From contig CAWBVY010000004.1 in assembly GCA_963792415.1 (NCBI GenBank), positions 224,001 to 288,000 of the forward strand: DNA of 64,000 bases, read 5' to 3'. Position 1 is the stretch's first letter; each line of letters opens with the position of its first letter. Origin of the DNA: Candidatus Deferrimicrobiaceae bacterium (GTDB taxonomy: Bacteria; Desulfobacterota; Deferrimicrobia; Deferrimicrobiales; Deferrimicrobiaceae). The translations under genes and the position numbers were made by a program. Of this stretch, positions 36,353 through 45,786 are shown piece after piece. The notes below the pieces were generated by a model that saw only the letters and a list, made by a program, of their open reading frames with translations, was not told the DNA's origin and ran no database searches.

Positions 36353-37120
36353 ATGCGGCAGGCGGACCGGGCGCCGGTCGGTGGAAACCGGATCGACCTG
36401 CTGGAGGCGATCGACCGGTGCGGGTCGATCAGCGGCGCCGCCCGCGCGGTGGGGATCAGCTACAAGACCGCATGGGACGCAATGGACGCGATCAACAACG
36501 CCGCGGAAAAACCGCTCGTCCTCCGGGCGGCGGGCGGCGTCGGCGGCGGTGGTACAATTCTCACGGAAGCGGGTAAGGAAATGGTCCGCCTGTACCGCGT
36601 CCTGCAGGGGGAGCATCAAAGGTTCCTCGGGCGCCTCGAGGGGCGTCTCGGTGACCTGGGGCGCCTCTACGCCCTGCTCCGGAGGGTAACCATGCGTGTC
36701 AGCGCGAGGAACGTGTTTCTCGGAAAGGTGAAGGAGGTCCGCAAAGGGGCGGTCAGCACGGAGGTCACCCTCGCGCTTCCGGGGGGGGAGACCCTCTGCT
36801 CGGTCATCACGAACGAGAGCGCCGGGGCCCTGGGTCTCAAGCCCGGGTTGGAGGCGTACGCCTTCTTCAAGGCGAGCGCCGTGATCGTCGGGAAGGATCT
36901 CCACAACGCGAAGGTCAGCGCGCGGAACCTTTTGTGCGGGACCGTGGGCCGGGTCGTGCACGGACCGGTGAACGCCGAGGTGTCGGTGTCCCTGGGGGGC
37001 GGGGCCGTGCTCACGGCGATCGTGACCGAGGAGAGCGCGAAATCCCTGAAGTTTGCGCCCGGCGACCACGTCTGCGCGCTGGTCAAGGCTTCCAGCGTGA
37101 TCCTGGGGGTCGACGCGTGA
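36353..37120 (+). CDS. modE: ModE-type molybdate/tungstate-responsive regulator (HTH plus 2 TOBE/Mop); N-terminus likely extends upstream
   Basis: RIDLLEAI..CGSISGAA..VGISYKTAWD, GG.GGGG..LT, two SARN...KAS Mop repeats. Confidence 0.93.
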   Translation: MRQADRAPVGGNRIDLLEAIDRCGSISGAARAVGISYKTAWDAMDAINNAAEKPLVLRAAGGVGGGGTILTEAGKEMVRLYRVLQGEHQRFLGRLEGRLGDLGRLYALLRRVTMRVSARNVFLGKVKEVRKGAVSTEVTLALPGGETLCSVITNESAGALGLKPGLEAYAFFKASAVIVGKDLHNAKVSARNLLCGTVGRVVHGPVNAEVSVSLGGGAVLTAIVTEESAKSLKFAPGDHVCALVKASSVILGVDA

Positions 37121-37167
37121 CCATGCCCGTCAACGAAACGCGGCAGTAGGCGCATCGGGGCCGCTGG

Positions 37168-37854
37168 TTGGATTTCCTCGTTTCCTCCCTCGCCGCGGCC
37201 CTGGGCCTGATCGGGTCGTTCTCCCCCGACGTGGTCGACGCGGTCCGCACCTCCCTGTCGGTCTCCGCGGGGGCGACCGTCTTCGCCGCGCTCTTCGGCG
37301 TCCCGGTGGGCCTTGCCGTCGGCCTTTCCGACTTCCGGTGGAAAGGGTTCGCCGTCACCGCGCTGAACACCCTCATGGCGGTCCCGACGGTGGTGGTGGG
37401 GCTCTTCGTCTACGGGTTCCTGAGCCGGCAAGGACCGCTGGGAGCGCTCGGGCTGCTCTTCACCCCCACGGCGATCGTGATCGGAGGGACATTGCTCGCG
37501 TCCCCGATCGTGGCGAACTACACCCTCGCATCGGTCCGGGGCGCGGACCCGCGGATCCTCCCCACGGCCTTGACACTTGGGGCCGGGCGGTTCCGGGCGG
37601 TCGCCACGCTCGTCGGCGAGATCCGGTTCGGGGTGTTCGCCGCCGTGATCGCCGGCTTCGGGCGGGTCGTAGCGGAGGTCGGCGTCGCGATGATGCTCGG
37701 CGGGAACATCCGCGGATACACGCGAACGATGACGACCGCCATCGCCCTCGAGACCAGCAAGGGGGAATTCTCCTTCGGGATGGCGCTCGGGATCGTCCTC
37801 ATGACCGTTGCGCTGATCGTCAACCTGTTCCTGAGTCTCCTCCAGCGGAGGTAG
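37168..37854 (+). CDS. tupB: Tungstate ABC permease
   Basis: PTVVVGL..Y..LSR.GPLG, AGFGRV.AEVG..MM.GGNI.GYTRTMTTAIALETSKG. Confidence 0.93.
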   Translation: MDFLVSSLAAALGLIGSFSPDVVDAVRTSLSVSAGATVFAALFGVPVGLAVGLSDFRWKGFAVTALNTLMAVPTVVVGLFVYGFLSRQGPLGALGLLFTPTAIVIGGTLLASPIVANYTLASVRGADPRILPTALTLGAGRFRAVATLVGEIRFGVFAAVIAGFGRVVAEVGVAMMLGGNIRGYTRTMTTAIALETSKGEFSFGMALGIVLMTVALIVNLFLSLLQRR

Positions 37855-37858
37855 CCGC

Positions 37859-38533
37859 GTGACGGAACTGTACCGGCTCCGGTCGGTCACCAAGAGGTAC
37901 GGAACGAACGTCGCGGTCGACATCGACTCCCTGACGATCGATTCGGGCCGCCTGTACACCCTTACGGGCGCCAACGGTGCGGGGAAGAGCACGCTCCTGG
38001 GGATCCTCGCGTTCCTGACCCCTCCCACCACCGGGGAAATCCTCTATGCGGGGGAGCGGATCGACTGGAAGAGCGATATCGTGAGGGGACTGCGGCGGAA
38101 GGTCACCCTGCTCCACCAGTCCCCGTACCTCTTCGGGGGAACGGTGTTCCGGAACGTGGCGTACGGGCTTTCGGCAAGGGGTGTCGCGGTCGAAGATACG
38201 CTCCGGGCGGTGGACCGGGCGCTTGGAACGGTCGGCCTCGAAGGGTTCCGCGACCGGGACGCGCGGGAGCTTTCCGGGGGGGAGGCGCAGAGGGTGGCGA
38301 TGGCACGCGCACTGGCGCCGGCCCCCGAGGTTCTCCTCCTCGACGAGCCGCTGGCGAACATCGACCGGGAGACCGCGGTAGTTCTGGAAGCGGTCATTGC
38401 TTCGCTCCCGTCGCGGGGGACCACGGTCGTGATGACCACCCACGCCCCGGACCATCCGGCCCGGCGAAGCAGCGGGTCGATCGTGCTGGACGGGGGGAAG
38501 GTCGCACCCCCCCGCGATCCGATGACGGCCTGA
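37859..38533 (+). CDS. tupC: Tungstate ABC ATPase
   Basis: GANGAGKST, LSGGEAQRVA, LLLDEPLANID, TTH. Confidence 0.88.
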   Translation: MTELYRLRSVTKRYGTNVAVDIDSLTIDSGRLYTLTGANGAGKSTLLGILAFLTPPTTGEILYAGERIDWKSDIVRGLRRKVTLLHQSPYLFGGTVFRNVAYGLSARGVAVEDTLRAVDRALGTVGLEGFRDRDARELSGGEAQRVAMARALAPAPEVLLLDEPLANIDRETAVVLEAVIASLPSRGTTVVMTTHAPDHPARRSSGSIVLDGGKVAPPRDPMTA

Positions 38534-38553
38534 CGAACTGGAGGGAGACGCGC

Positions 38554-39756
38554 ATGCCGACGTATGAAGAAGCGAGGAACATCGTGCTGGAGAGCGTCGC
38601 GCCGGTGGGGGCCGAGCGGGTCGAGACCGGCCGCGCGCTGGGGAGGACCCTCGCGGAAGACGTCGCGGCGCCGTGGCCCCTCCCGTTCTGGGACAACTCC
38701 GCGATGGACGGCTACGCCGTCCGGGCGGACGATTGCCGCGTGCCGGTGCGCCTGAAGATCACCGGGTACATCCCGGCGGGGGGGACCGCGTCGGTCCGCG
38801 TTGAGCCCGGGTGCGCCGTCAAGATCATGACCGGCGCTCCGATCCCCGCCGGCTGCGACGCGGTGATCCCGTTCGAGGAGACCGAGGAGGGGGACGGGCA
38901 CGTCGGCGTGAAAGGGAACGTGACGGTCCGCCAGCACATCCGGTTCTGCGGGGAGGACGTGCGGGAGGGAGACCTTGTCCTTCCGGAAGGGACGCCTCTC
39001 CGCCCGCCGGAGATCAGCATGCTCGCCTCCCTCGGGAAGGCGTTCGTCCCGGTCTATCGGAAAGTCCGGGTCGCGGTGCTCTCCACCGGCGACGAGCTGA
39101 TCGAGCTGGGGGAGCCGCCGTCGCCCGGCATGATCATCAACAGCAACAGCGTGGCGGTCGCCGCCGCCATCCGGGAAACGGGGGCGGAGCCGGTGCTCCT
39201 CGGCATCGCGCGCGACGACCTGTCGAGCCACGCGGAAAAGATTTCGGAGGGGTTGAAGGCGGACGCCCTGGTCACCACCGCGGGAGTGTCCGCGGGCGAC
39301 CGGGACCTGGTGCGGGAGGTGCTGGCGAATACGGGCGTCGCGTCCCGCTTCTTTCGGGTCGACATCAAGCCGGGCGGCCCCACCGCCTTCGGGATGAAGG
39401 ACGGGGTGCCGGTCTTCTCCCTTCCGGGGAACCCGGTGTCAGCCCTGATCACGTTCGAGGCGTTCGTCCGGCCCGCGCTCCTCCGGATGATGGGGCGGAA
39501 GAAGGTGGTGCGCCCCCTGGTCAAGGCGACCCTCACAGGGCAGGTGCGGAAAAAAGCGGGGAAGGTGAACTTCCTTCGGGTAGGGATCGAGGTCCGGGGA
39601 GGCGAATATTTCGCCTCCTCCTCCGGGGACCAGAACACGGGGATCCTCAGGACGATGGTTCTCGCCGACGCCCTTGCGGTTCTTCCGGCCGACAAGACCT
39701 CCTTCGCCGCGGGAGAAACGGTGGACGTCTTCCTGCTCGGGGAAACGCTCCAATGA
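38554..39756 (+). CDS. moeA: Molybdopterin molybdenum/tungsten insertase (gephyrin-like)
   Basis: NSAMDGYA, IMTGAPIPAG.DAV, STGDEL, GVSAGD.D, LPGNPVS. Confidence 0.95.
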   Translation: MPTYEEARNIVLESVAPVGAERVETGRALGRTLAEDVAAPWPLPFWDNSAMDGYAVRADDCRVPVRLKITGYIPAGGTASVRVEPGCAVKIMTGAPIPAGCDAVIPFEETEEGDGHVGVKGNVTVRQHIRFCGEDVREGDLVLPEGTPLRPPEISMLASLGKAFVPVYRKVRVAVLSTGDELIELGEPPSPGMIINSNSVAVAAAIRETGAEPVLLGIARDDLSSHAEKISEGLKADALVTTAGVSAGDRDLVREVLANTGVASRFFRVDIKPGGPTAFGMKDGVPVFSLPGNPVSALITFEAFVRPALLRMMGRKKVVRPLVKATLTGQVRKKAGKVNFLRVGIEVRGGEYFASSSGDQNTGILRTMVLADALAVLPADKTSFAAGETVDVFLLGETLQ

Positions 39757-39799
39757 ATTCCGGGGCGTGTGAACCGTTCGATGGCCGTGAGATAATCGT

Positions 39800-40276
39800 T
39801 TGCCGGGGGTCGCGCGGTTGAAACCATTCGGAGGAAGCGGATCGGGCGCGCGGGTCGCCGCGGTCTGCATCAGCGAACGGAAGGGGGAGCGGAAGAAGCC
39901 GGTCCCTTCGGTCGCGCTCGTCGCGGACCACGGGGTGCGGGGGGACGCCCACGCCGGGGACGGCCACCGGCAGGTGAGCCTGCTGGCGGCCGAGAGCATC
40001 GAGAAGATGCGGCAAAAGGGGCTTACCGTGTCGGCCGGCGACTTCGCCGAGAACGTGACCACCGAGGGGATCCTTCTGCCGGTGCTTCCGGTGGGGGCGC
40101 GGTTCCGCATCGGGGAGGCGGTCCTCGAGGTGACGCAGATCGGGAAGGAGTGCCACACCCGCTGCGCCATCTACCATCAGGCGGGCGACTGCGTGATGCC
40201 GAGGGAGGGGATCTTTGCCCGGGTCGTCGAGCCCGGCAAGGTCTCTCCGGGGGACGCCATCGAGCGGATCTCCTGA
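39800..40276 (+). CDS. MOSC-domain protein (start uncertain)
   Basis: AVCISERKG..K, GDAHAG..HRQVSLLA.ESI, F.ENV, TQIGKECH..C.I....GDC.MPREGIF. Confidence 0.9.
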   Translation: MPGVARLKPFGGSGSGARVAAVCISERKGERKKPVPSVALVADHGVRGDAHAGDGHRQVSLLAAESIEKMRQKGLTVSAGDFAENVTTEGILLPVLPVGARFRIGEAVLEVTQIGKECHTRCAIYHQAGDCVMPREGIFARVVEPGKVSPGDAIERIS

Positions 40277-40331
40277 GAACGCGGGTCGAATGTTGCCGAA
40301 AGTATGAAACGTAGCGCTTAGGAGTAGGGCA

Positions 40332-40817
40332 ATGCCGTTCAACCATTTCGACGACGGCGGTCGGGCCGTGATGGTGGGTGTGGGGGGGAAGGAGCCGACT
40401 TCCCGCACGGCGGTGGCGCGCGCCACCGTCCTCATGAGGAGGGAGACGGTCGCCGCGATCACGGGCGGCGGCGTGAAGAAGGGAGACGTGCTCGGGATCG
40501 CCCGGATCGCGGGGATCGCCGCCGCGAAGAAGACGTCCGACCTGATCCCGCTGGCGCACCCGATCGCGCTTACCGAAGCGTCGGTCGATTTCGAGGTGGA
40601 CGGGGAGCGGGGAACGGTCGTTGTCACGAGCACCGTGAAGGCGTTCGACCGTACCGGCGCGGAGATGGAGGCGATGGTCTCGGCGTCGGTCGCCGCTCTC
40701 ACGATCTACGACATGTGCAAGGGGGCGGACCGGGGGATCTCGATCGGGGAGGTCTTCCTGCTCTCGAAGGAGGGCGGCAGGAGCGGCGTCTACCGGAGGG
40801 GGGAACCCCGGTCCTGA
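40332..40817 (+). CDS. moaC: Cyclic pyranopterin monophosphate synthase
   Basis: KKGDVL..ARIAGI.AAK.T.DLIPLAH, TGAEMEA, TIYDMCK..D, KEGGRSG. Confidence 0.95.
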   Translation: MPFNHFDDGGRAVMVGVGGKEPTSRTAVARATVLMRRETVAAITGGGVKKGDVLGIARIAGIAAAKKTSDLIPLAHPIALTEASVDFEVDGERGTVVVTSTVKAFDRTGAEMEAMVSASVAALTIYDMCKGADRGISIGEVFLLSKEGGRSGVYRRGEPRS

Positions 40818-41073
40818 AGGGGGGTCGCACGATCCCTCCCGGAGGGGGCCGCTCTTACCGTCAACCCGACGGAAAAATTCGTGCTTGTGTCCCCACCGCA
40901 AAATCTAATACTATTCATATACAATCTGGCATGGAAGCCGATCAGCCGTAATATGCATCTCATTTTCCACAAGGTGCAGGCAATATGCGTGAAGGGGGGT
41001 GTGCGGAACGCGTGTGTGGACGTGATGGGAAACGCTCTTCTGGGACGAAAATCGAACGAAAGGGAGGGTTTCG

Positions 41074-41361
41074 ATGAGACGAGCATTGGTTGTCTTATGC
41101 GCGATGCTTCTTATCGCCGGGCTGGCCGTCGGTTGCGCGACGTCCAACGCGATCGGGAACGCCCGAGCGCAATTGATGAAAGCGAAAGCCGCGGGGGCCG
41201 ACTATTCGGCGCCGAACGAATACTACTCGGCGGAAGCGTACCTCGGGCAAGCGGTTCGACAGGCGGAAAAAGGGGATACCAAGCAGGCCAACATCTTCAC
41301 GAAGCAGTCGTCGGACTATTCCGCCAAGGCGCTGGAGATGGCCAAGGGAGGTGCGAAATGA
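41074..41361 (+). CDS. Small lipoprotein, DUF4398-like
   Basis: Lipobox AVGC; A.AAGA..SAP.EY..AE.YL..A helical motif; ATGA overlap with the ompA-like gene. Confidence 0.78.
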   Translation: MRRALVVLCAMLLIAGLAVGCATSNAIGNARAQLMKAKAAGADYSAPNEYYSAEAYLGQAVRQAEKGDTKQANIFTKQSSDYSAKALEMAKGGAK

Positions 41362-42314
41362 GGAACCGGCATCTCATCCTTCTCGTGTCGATTCTCCTCG
41401 CGACGTTCCTCGTGGCCGGCTGCGGCAGCCACCGCCAGATGACCCAGGGAGAAGCCGACCAGTTCCAAGTCATCTCGACCAAGATCGCCATGGCGGAGAA
41501 TATGACGCCCAGGAGCGCCAAGGAATGCGTGCCCAAGGAACTGGCCTACGCAAAGGCGGAACTGGATAGCGCCCGTCACGAAACGATCGAGTCCTGGGAA
41601 ACTGCTTCAGCGGAAATCGCCAAGGCGGCCAAGGCCGCCGATGATGTCGTTGCCAAGACGGTAGCGTGTCAGCTTCCCACCGTGGATTTTGCGGCGAACC
41701 CGGACACGATTGCCCCCGGACAGTGCTCGACCCTGACGTGGACGATGGAATACGCGAAAGAGGGGTTGTGGGGCGCCGACAAAAAGCCGGAAAAACTCCC
41801 GACGAAAGGGTCCAAGGAAGTGTGCCCCAAGGAAACGACGGATTACCAGGTCGGGGCGAGCGGTCCCGGAGGGACCACGTATGCAGTCGCCACCGTCACG
41901 GTAAAGGCTCCTCCTCGTCCTCCTCCTCCTCCGATGGCCGCAGCGCCGGTGGTGGTTCCCGCCGCCGCTCCCAAGGCGGCCGAGATGGCCCTTCGCGTCA
42001 ACTTCGACACGGACAAATCCGCCATCCGGCCGGCGGACCTCGCGGAGCTGCAGAAGGGGGTCGAGTTCGTGAAGCAGAACCCGGACGCCAAGCTCCACAT
42101 TGTGGGATACACGGACTCCCGTGGAAACGCCAAATACAACCAGAAGCTGTCCGAGAGGAGAGCGGAGGCCGTGAAGAAGTATCTCGAGGGCGAGGTCACC
42201 ATTGCACCCGAGAAGATCACCTCGGAGGGGAGAGGGGAAGCCGATCCCGTCGGGGACAACAAGACGAAGGAAGGCCAGTTCCAGAACCGGAGAGTGGTGA
42301 TTACGATCAAGTAA
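41358..42314 (+). CDS. OmpA-C (peptidoglycan-binding) domain lipoprotein
   Basis: Lipobox VAGC, Pro-rich linker, VNFDTDKS, GYTDSRG...YNQKLSERRA, GRGEADP..DN......NRRV. Confidence 0.9.
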   Translation: MRNRHLILLVSILLATFLVAGCGSHRQMTQGEADQFQVISTKIAMAENMTPRSAKECVPKELAYAKAELDSARHETIESWETASAEIAKAAKAADDVVAKTVACQLPTVDFAANPDTIAPGQCSTLTWTMEYAKEGLWGADKKPEKLPTKGSKEVCPKETTDYQVGASGPGGTTYAVATVTVKAPPRPPPPPMAAAPVVVPAAAPKAAEMALRVNFDTDKSAIRPADLAELQKGVEFVKQNPDAKLHIVGYTDSRGNAKYNQKLSERRAEAVKKYLEGEVTIAPEKITSEGRGEADPVGDNKTKEGQFQNRRVVITIK

Positions 42315-42348
42315 CGAGTAACGGATCGGCGCAACGATCCGGCTGTTT

Positions 42349-42398
42349 CCGGCACGGCGTATTCCAGAGGATGGGAGTGCGCCGTGCCGGTTTTATTT
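42349..42398 (+). terminator. Intrinsic terminator after the ompA-like gene
   Basis: CCGGCACGGCGTATTCC / GGAGTGCGCCGTGCCGG stem followed by TTTTATTT. Confidence 0.8.
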
Positions 42399-42435
42399 CA
42401 TGGAGGAGGCGGGAAGTTCGAGGACACGGACGGGT

Positions 42436-42465
42436 TTCGACCCCTCCGGGGTGAAGGTATATAAT
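42436..42465 (+). promoter_or_regulatory. sigma70 promoter for the small HEH/SAP protein
   Basis: TTCGAC-N18-TATAAT. Confidence 0.5.
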
Positions 42466-42520
42466 GTATGCAAAAGGGGCGAGGCGCGAACAGGGACCTA
42501 CGGGACCGGGGAGGTGCGTC

Positions 42521-42730
42521 ATGCCGACCATGAAGGAGATCCGAGACATCGCGCGGCAGTTGGGAATACGCTCGACCCGGATGGAGAAGGCCGAGCTTAT
42601 CCGGGCCATCCAGCGGGCGGAGGGGAATTTCGACTGCTTCGGGACGGCGGCCGAGGAGGAGTGCAGCCAGGAGGAGTGCCTCTGGCGGGAAGAGTGCTTC
42701 CGGGAGTACGTCGCCGAGGAAATCCGCTGA
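42521..42730 (+). CDS. Small SAP/Rho-N-like helix-extension-helix protein with Cys-rich tail (69 aa)
   Basis: MKEIRDIARQLGI.....KAELIRAIQRAEGNFDCF.......C.Q..CLWR..C; SD GGAGG. Confidence 0.85.
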   Translation: MPTMKEIRDIARQLGIRSTRMEKAELIRAIQRAEGNFDCFGTAAEEECSQEECLWREECFREYVAEEIR

Positions 42731-42767
42731 TCCTCACCGGAAAGGAACCCCGACGCATTTCCAATGA

Positions 42768-42800
42768 TGGGCAAGGGGACGCCGACCTTGCCCGTTTTTT
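42768..42800 (+). terminator. Intrinsic terminator
   Basis: GGGCAAGG-ggacgccga-CCTTGCCC then GTTTTTT. Confidence 0.75.
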
Positions 42801-42824
42801 GCTTGGAACGCCCGGGACCGCAGG

Positions 42825-43448
42825 TCAGGGGGAGGAAACCGTCCGGGCCAGGAGATAGAGGCCAAAGGCAAGGAGAGCGGCCCCCGTCACCCGGTTCGTG
42901 ACTCGCATCGACGGGAGCACGCCGCGGGAAGAGATCCAGCCCACGCCCAGGGAGAGGAGTAGCCACCAGGAAGCCGACCCCAGAAAAACACCGGAGGCCA
43001 GGAGAAGGGCCGTCACCGTCCCGCCCCCGGGGCCGGGAAGGCCGGCGCCGGAGAATACCGCGGCGATGGTGATCATCGTGACGGGGCTGGACAGCGACAG
43101 CAGGAGCGTCGAGGCGTACGCACCCGCGCGCCCATGCCCCGTCGGTTCGGCCGGCCGGTCGACGGGGCGGGAAAAGAGAATTCGCGCGCCGAGGAGGCAA
43201 AGGAAGAACCCGGCGACGGCCCGCAACAGGTGGTGGTGGGTGGAGACGGTCCCGGAGACGATGGACAGACCCAGCGCCGCCGCCAGGGCGTACGTTCCAT
43301 GGGCCGTCGCGGCTCCGAGGCCGGAGAGGAAAGCGGTGGCCCTCCCCGAGGAGATCCCCCGATGGATGCAGAGGAGGCCCACCGGCCCCACCGGCGCGGC
43401 GATCGCCGCGCCGGCGAGAAATCCTTTCGCGATCGCCCCGATGTCCAT
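42825..43448 (-). CDS. LysE family translocator
   Basis: G...G..IAAPVGPVG.LCI, GLGAATA...Y, LS.S.P.T, GVF.GS..WW. Confidence 0.88.
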   Translation of the reverse strand: MDIGAIAKGFLAGAAIAAPVGPVGLLCIHRGISSGRATAFLSGLGAATAHGTYALAAALGLSIVSGTVSTHHHLLRAVAGFFLCLLGARILFSRPVDRPAEPTGHGRAGAYASTLLLSLSSPVTMITIAAVFSGAGLPGPGGGTVTALLLASGVFLGSASWWLLLSLGVGWISSRGVLPSMRVTNRVTGAALLAFGLYLLARTVSSP

Positions 43449-43570
43449 CCCGTCCCCCCACCGTCCTTCACGCCGGCGGTTCCCACCGATCGGCGCCCTT
43501 TCGCCCCGGGCAGAAGGTAGAATATCCTCAATCAGGTCATTCCGGGACACTTCGGATCAGGGGGTACGCC

Positions 43571-44320
43571 ATGCACATGAAGGGAAAGGTTGCCGTGGTC
43601 ACGGGGGCGAGCCGCGGAATCGGGGCGGCGGCCGCGAAGCGCCTCGCGCAGCATGGCGCGGCGGTGGTGGTGAACTATTTTCAGAGCGAGACGGCCGCGG
43701 GGGAAGTGGTCGCGGCGATCCGGGAGATCGGCGGGACGGCGATCGCCATCAAGGCGGACGTCCGGGACGCGTCGCAGTGCGAGGCGATGGCGGACGAGGC
43801 GAAACGGAAGCTCGGGCCGGTCGACGTGCTCGTGCTGAACGCCTCGATCTCCTTCCCCGTCGTCCCCTTCCTCAAGTTCCCGTGGCCCGAGTTCGAGGCG
43901 AAGCTCACCGGGGAGCTCAAGGCCGCCTTCTTCTGCTGCAAGGCGTTCGTGCCGGGGATGGTGGAGCGCCGCAAGGGATCGATCGTCGCGATCAGCAGCG
44001 GGCTCTCCCGGCACCCGGGAGAGGGGTTCTGCGCGCACAGCACAGCGAAGTCCGGTCTTGACGCCTTCGTGAAGTCGCTCGCCCTCGAACTGGGTCCGAG
44101 CGGCATCCGGGTGAACGTGGTCGCCCCGGGGCTCACCTTGACCGACGCGACATCGTTTCTTTCGCAGAAGGACAAGGACGGGACGGCGCAGATGACGCCG
44201 CTGCGGCGGAACGGCCTCCCGGAGGACGTGGCGGGGGCGGTCCTCTTCTTCGCCTCGGAGGAGGCGCGCTTCATCACGGGCGCGTACCTGCCGGTTTCCG
44301 GCGGGATCCAGATGCCATGA
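43571..44320 (+). CDS. Short-chain dehydrogenase/reductase (FabG-like)
   Basis: TGASRGIG, VLVLNA, HSTAK (His in place of the usual Tyr of YxxxK), IRVNVVAPG, ITG..LPV.GG. Confidence 0.92.
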   Translation: MHMKGKVAVVTGASRGIGAAAAKRLAQHGAAVVVNYFQSETAAGEVVAAIREIGGTAIAIKADVRDASQCEAMADEAKRKLGPVDVLVLNASISFPVVPFLKFPWPEFEAKLTGELKAAFFCCKAFVPGMVERRKGSIVAISSGLSRHPGEGFCAHSTAKSGLDAFVKSLALELGPSGIRVNVVAPGLTLTDATSFLSQKDKDGTAQMTPLRRNGLPEDVAGAVLFFASEEARFITGAYLPVSGGIQMP

Positions 44321-45195
44321 AGACGGAAGCGCCCTGGGAAGGTGCGCTTCGGCGCCTCGAAGGGATCCTGGCGCGCGTCGAGGCGCTCCTCGGGAAGCGG
44401 GAGGCGTCCCCGACCGACCCGGCGATCTTCCGGTCCCACCGCGCGTTCCGGTGGGAGCGCGCGGGGGAGAGCGGGCGGATCGTGCCGATCCCGCATCCGC
44501 AAGGGGTGGATCTCGCCGCGCTCGTCGGAATCGACCGTGCGAAGAAGGAGCTGCTCCGGAACACGGAGCAGTTCGTTTCCGGGCGGGGGGCGAACCACGT
44601 TCTCCTGTGGGGGGAGCGCGGCACCGGGAAGTCGTCGTGCGTGAAGGGGCTTCTCCCCGTCTTCGGTCCGCGGGGACTCCGGATCGTCGAGCTCGCCCGG
44701 TGGGACCTGTTCTCCTTCCCGAAGATCGTCGGTCAGCTGCGGGACCTGCCGTTCCGGTTCCTCCTCTACTGCGACGATCTGTCGTTCGACGAGGGGGAGG
44801 CCGACTACCGGGGGCTCAAGACGCTTCTGGACGGCGGCGTGGAGGAGCGCCCGGAGAACGTGCTGATCTACGCCACCTCGAACCGGCGGCACCTGATGCC
44901 CGAGCGCCGGGTCGAGCTGGGCGCGGAGGACGAGATCCACCCGGAAGAGGCGGTCGGGGAGAAGCTCTCTCTCTCCGACCGGTTCGGCCTGCAGCTCGGG
45001 TTCTACCGGTTCGACCAGGAGACGTACCTCGCCGTCGTCGAATCGTACGCGGGGAGGATGCGCCTCCCCGTCGATCCGGAGAGGCTCCGGGAGGACGCGC
45101 TGCGGTGGGCGCTCGCCGCAGGCTCCCGCAGCGGGCGGACGGCAAGGCAGTTCATCGACGACCTCGCGGGCCGCCTCGGGACGCGATCTTCGTGA
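44317..45195 (+). CDS. DUF815 AAA+ ATPase
   Basis: NHVLLWGERGTGKSS, CDDLSF, YATSNRRHLMPE, EKLSLSDRFGL, SGRTARQF. Confidence 0.92.
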   Translation: MKTEAPWEGALRRLEGILARVEALLGKREASPTDPAIFRSHRAFRWERAGESGRIVPIPHPQGVDLAALVGIDRAKKELLRNTEQFVSGRGANHVLLWGERGTGKSSCVKGLLPVFGPRGLRIVELARWDLFSFPKIVGQLRDLPFRFLLYCDDLSFDEGEADYRGLKTLLDGGVEERPENVLIYATSNRRHLMPERRVELGAEDEIHPEEAVGEKLSLSDRFGLQLGFYRFDQETYLAVVESYAGRMRLPVDPERLREDALRWALAAGSRSGRTARQFIDDLAGRLGTRSS

Positions 45196-45267
45196 TCCGT
45201 GGCGTGATCGAGCCGGTTCTCCATCTTCCCATCGCAGGGAAGCCGTGATAAGAAAGAACGGTGACCC

Positions 45268-45321
45268 GGCGATGGAGTTCGCCGTGAACCGCCTCGCCTT
45301 GCGAGGCTGATGACTCCTACC
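45268..45321 (+). ncRNA. Fluoride riboswitch (crcB motif)
   Basis: GGCGATGGAGTTCGCC-GTGAACCGC...GCTGATGACTCCTACC matches the fluoride aptamer consensus and lies directly upstream of crcB. Confidence 0.96.
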
Positions 45322-45349
45322 CGACACCCGTGGGGAAGGAGTTTTTTTT
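45313..45349 (+). terminator. Riboswitch expression-platform terminator
   Basis: ACTCCT-ACCC...GGGG-AAGGAGT then a T-run. The 5' arm overlaps the aptamer pseudoknot, giving a transcriptional ON switch. Confidence 0.85.
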
Positions 45350-45386
45350 ATCCCCTCGACATTTACGGTTCCGGAGGGTTCCACCA

Positions 45387-45761
45387 ATGACCGTCGTTCT
45401 GTATATCGCCCTCTTCGGCGCGCTGGGGTGCCTCGCGCGCTACTTTCTCTCCGGCTGGGTGTACGACCTGATCGGCAGCATGCTGCCGTACGGCACCCTC
45501 GCCGTCAACGCGATCGGCGCGTTCCTGATCGGGCTGGTCATGGAGTTCGGCCTGCGGAGCACCACCGTTTCCCCCGAGCTGCGGATCGGCCTGACGATCG
45601 GCTTCCTCGGCGGTTTCACCACCTTCTCGACCTTCAGCTACGAGACGTTCCGCCTGCTCGAGAGCGCCCAGCTGCCGCAGGCTCTGGGGAACGTTCTCCT
45701 GAGCGTCACCGCCTGCCTGGCGTTCACGTTTCTCGGGATCGTCGCCGCGCGCCACCTGTAA
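45387..45761 (+). CDS. crcB: Fluoride channel FluC/CrcB
   Basis: GALGCLARY, PYGTLAVN..G.F, GFLGGFTTFSTF.YET. Confidence 0.97.
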   Translation: MTVVLYIALFGALGCLARYFLSGWVYDLIGSMLPYGTLAVNAIGAFLIGLVMEFGLRSTTVSPELRIGLTIGFLGGFTTFSTFSYETFRLLESAQLPQALGNVLLSVTACLAFTFLGIVAARHL

Positions 45762-45786
45762 GCAGAGGCCGTATAGGAGGAGGGAG

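Noticed and set aside
40925-40945. sigma54 promoter (TGGCAT...) upstream of the DUF4398/OmpA pair
   Set aside because: No TTGC at -12.
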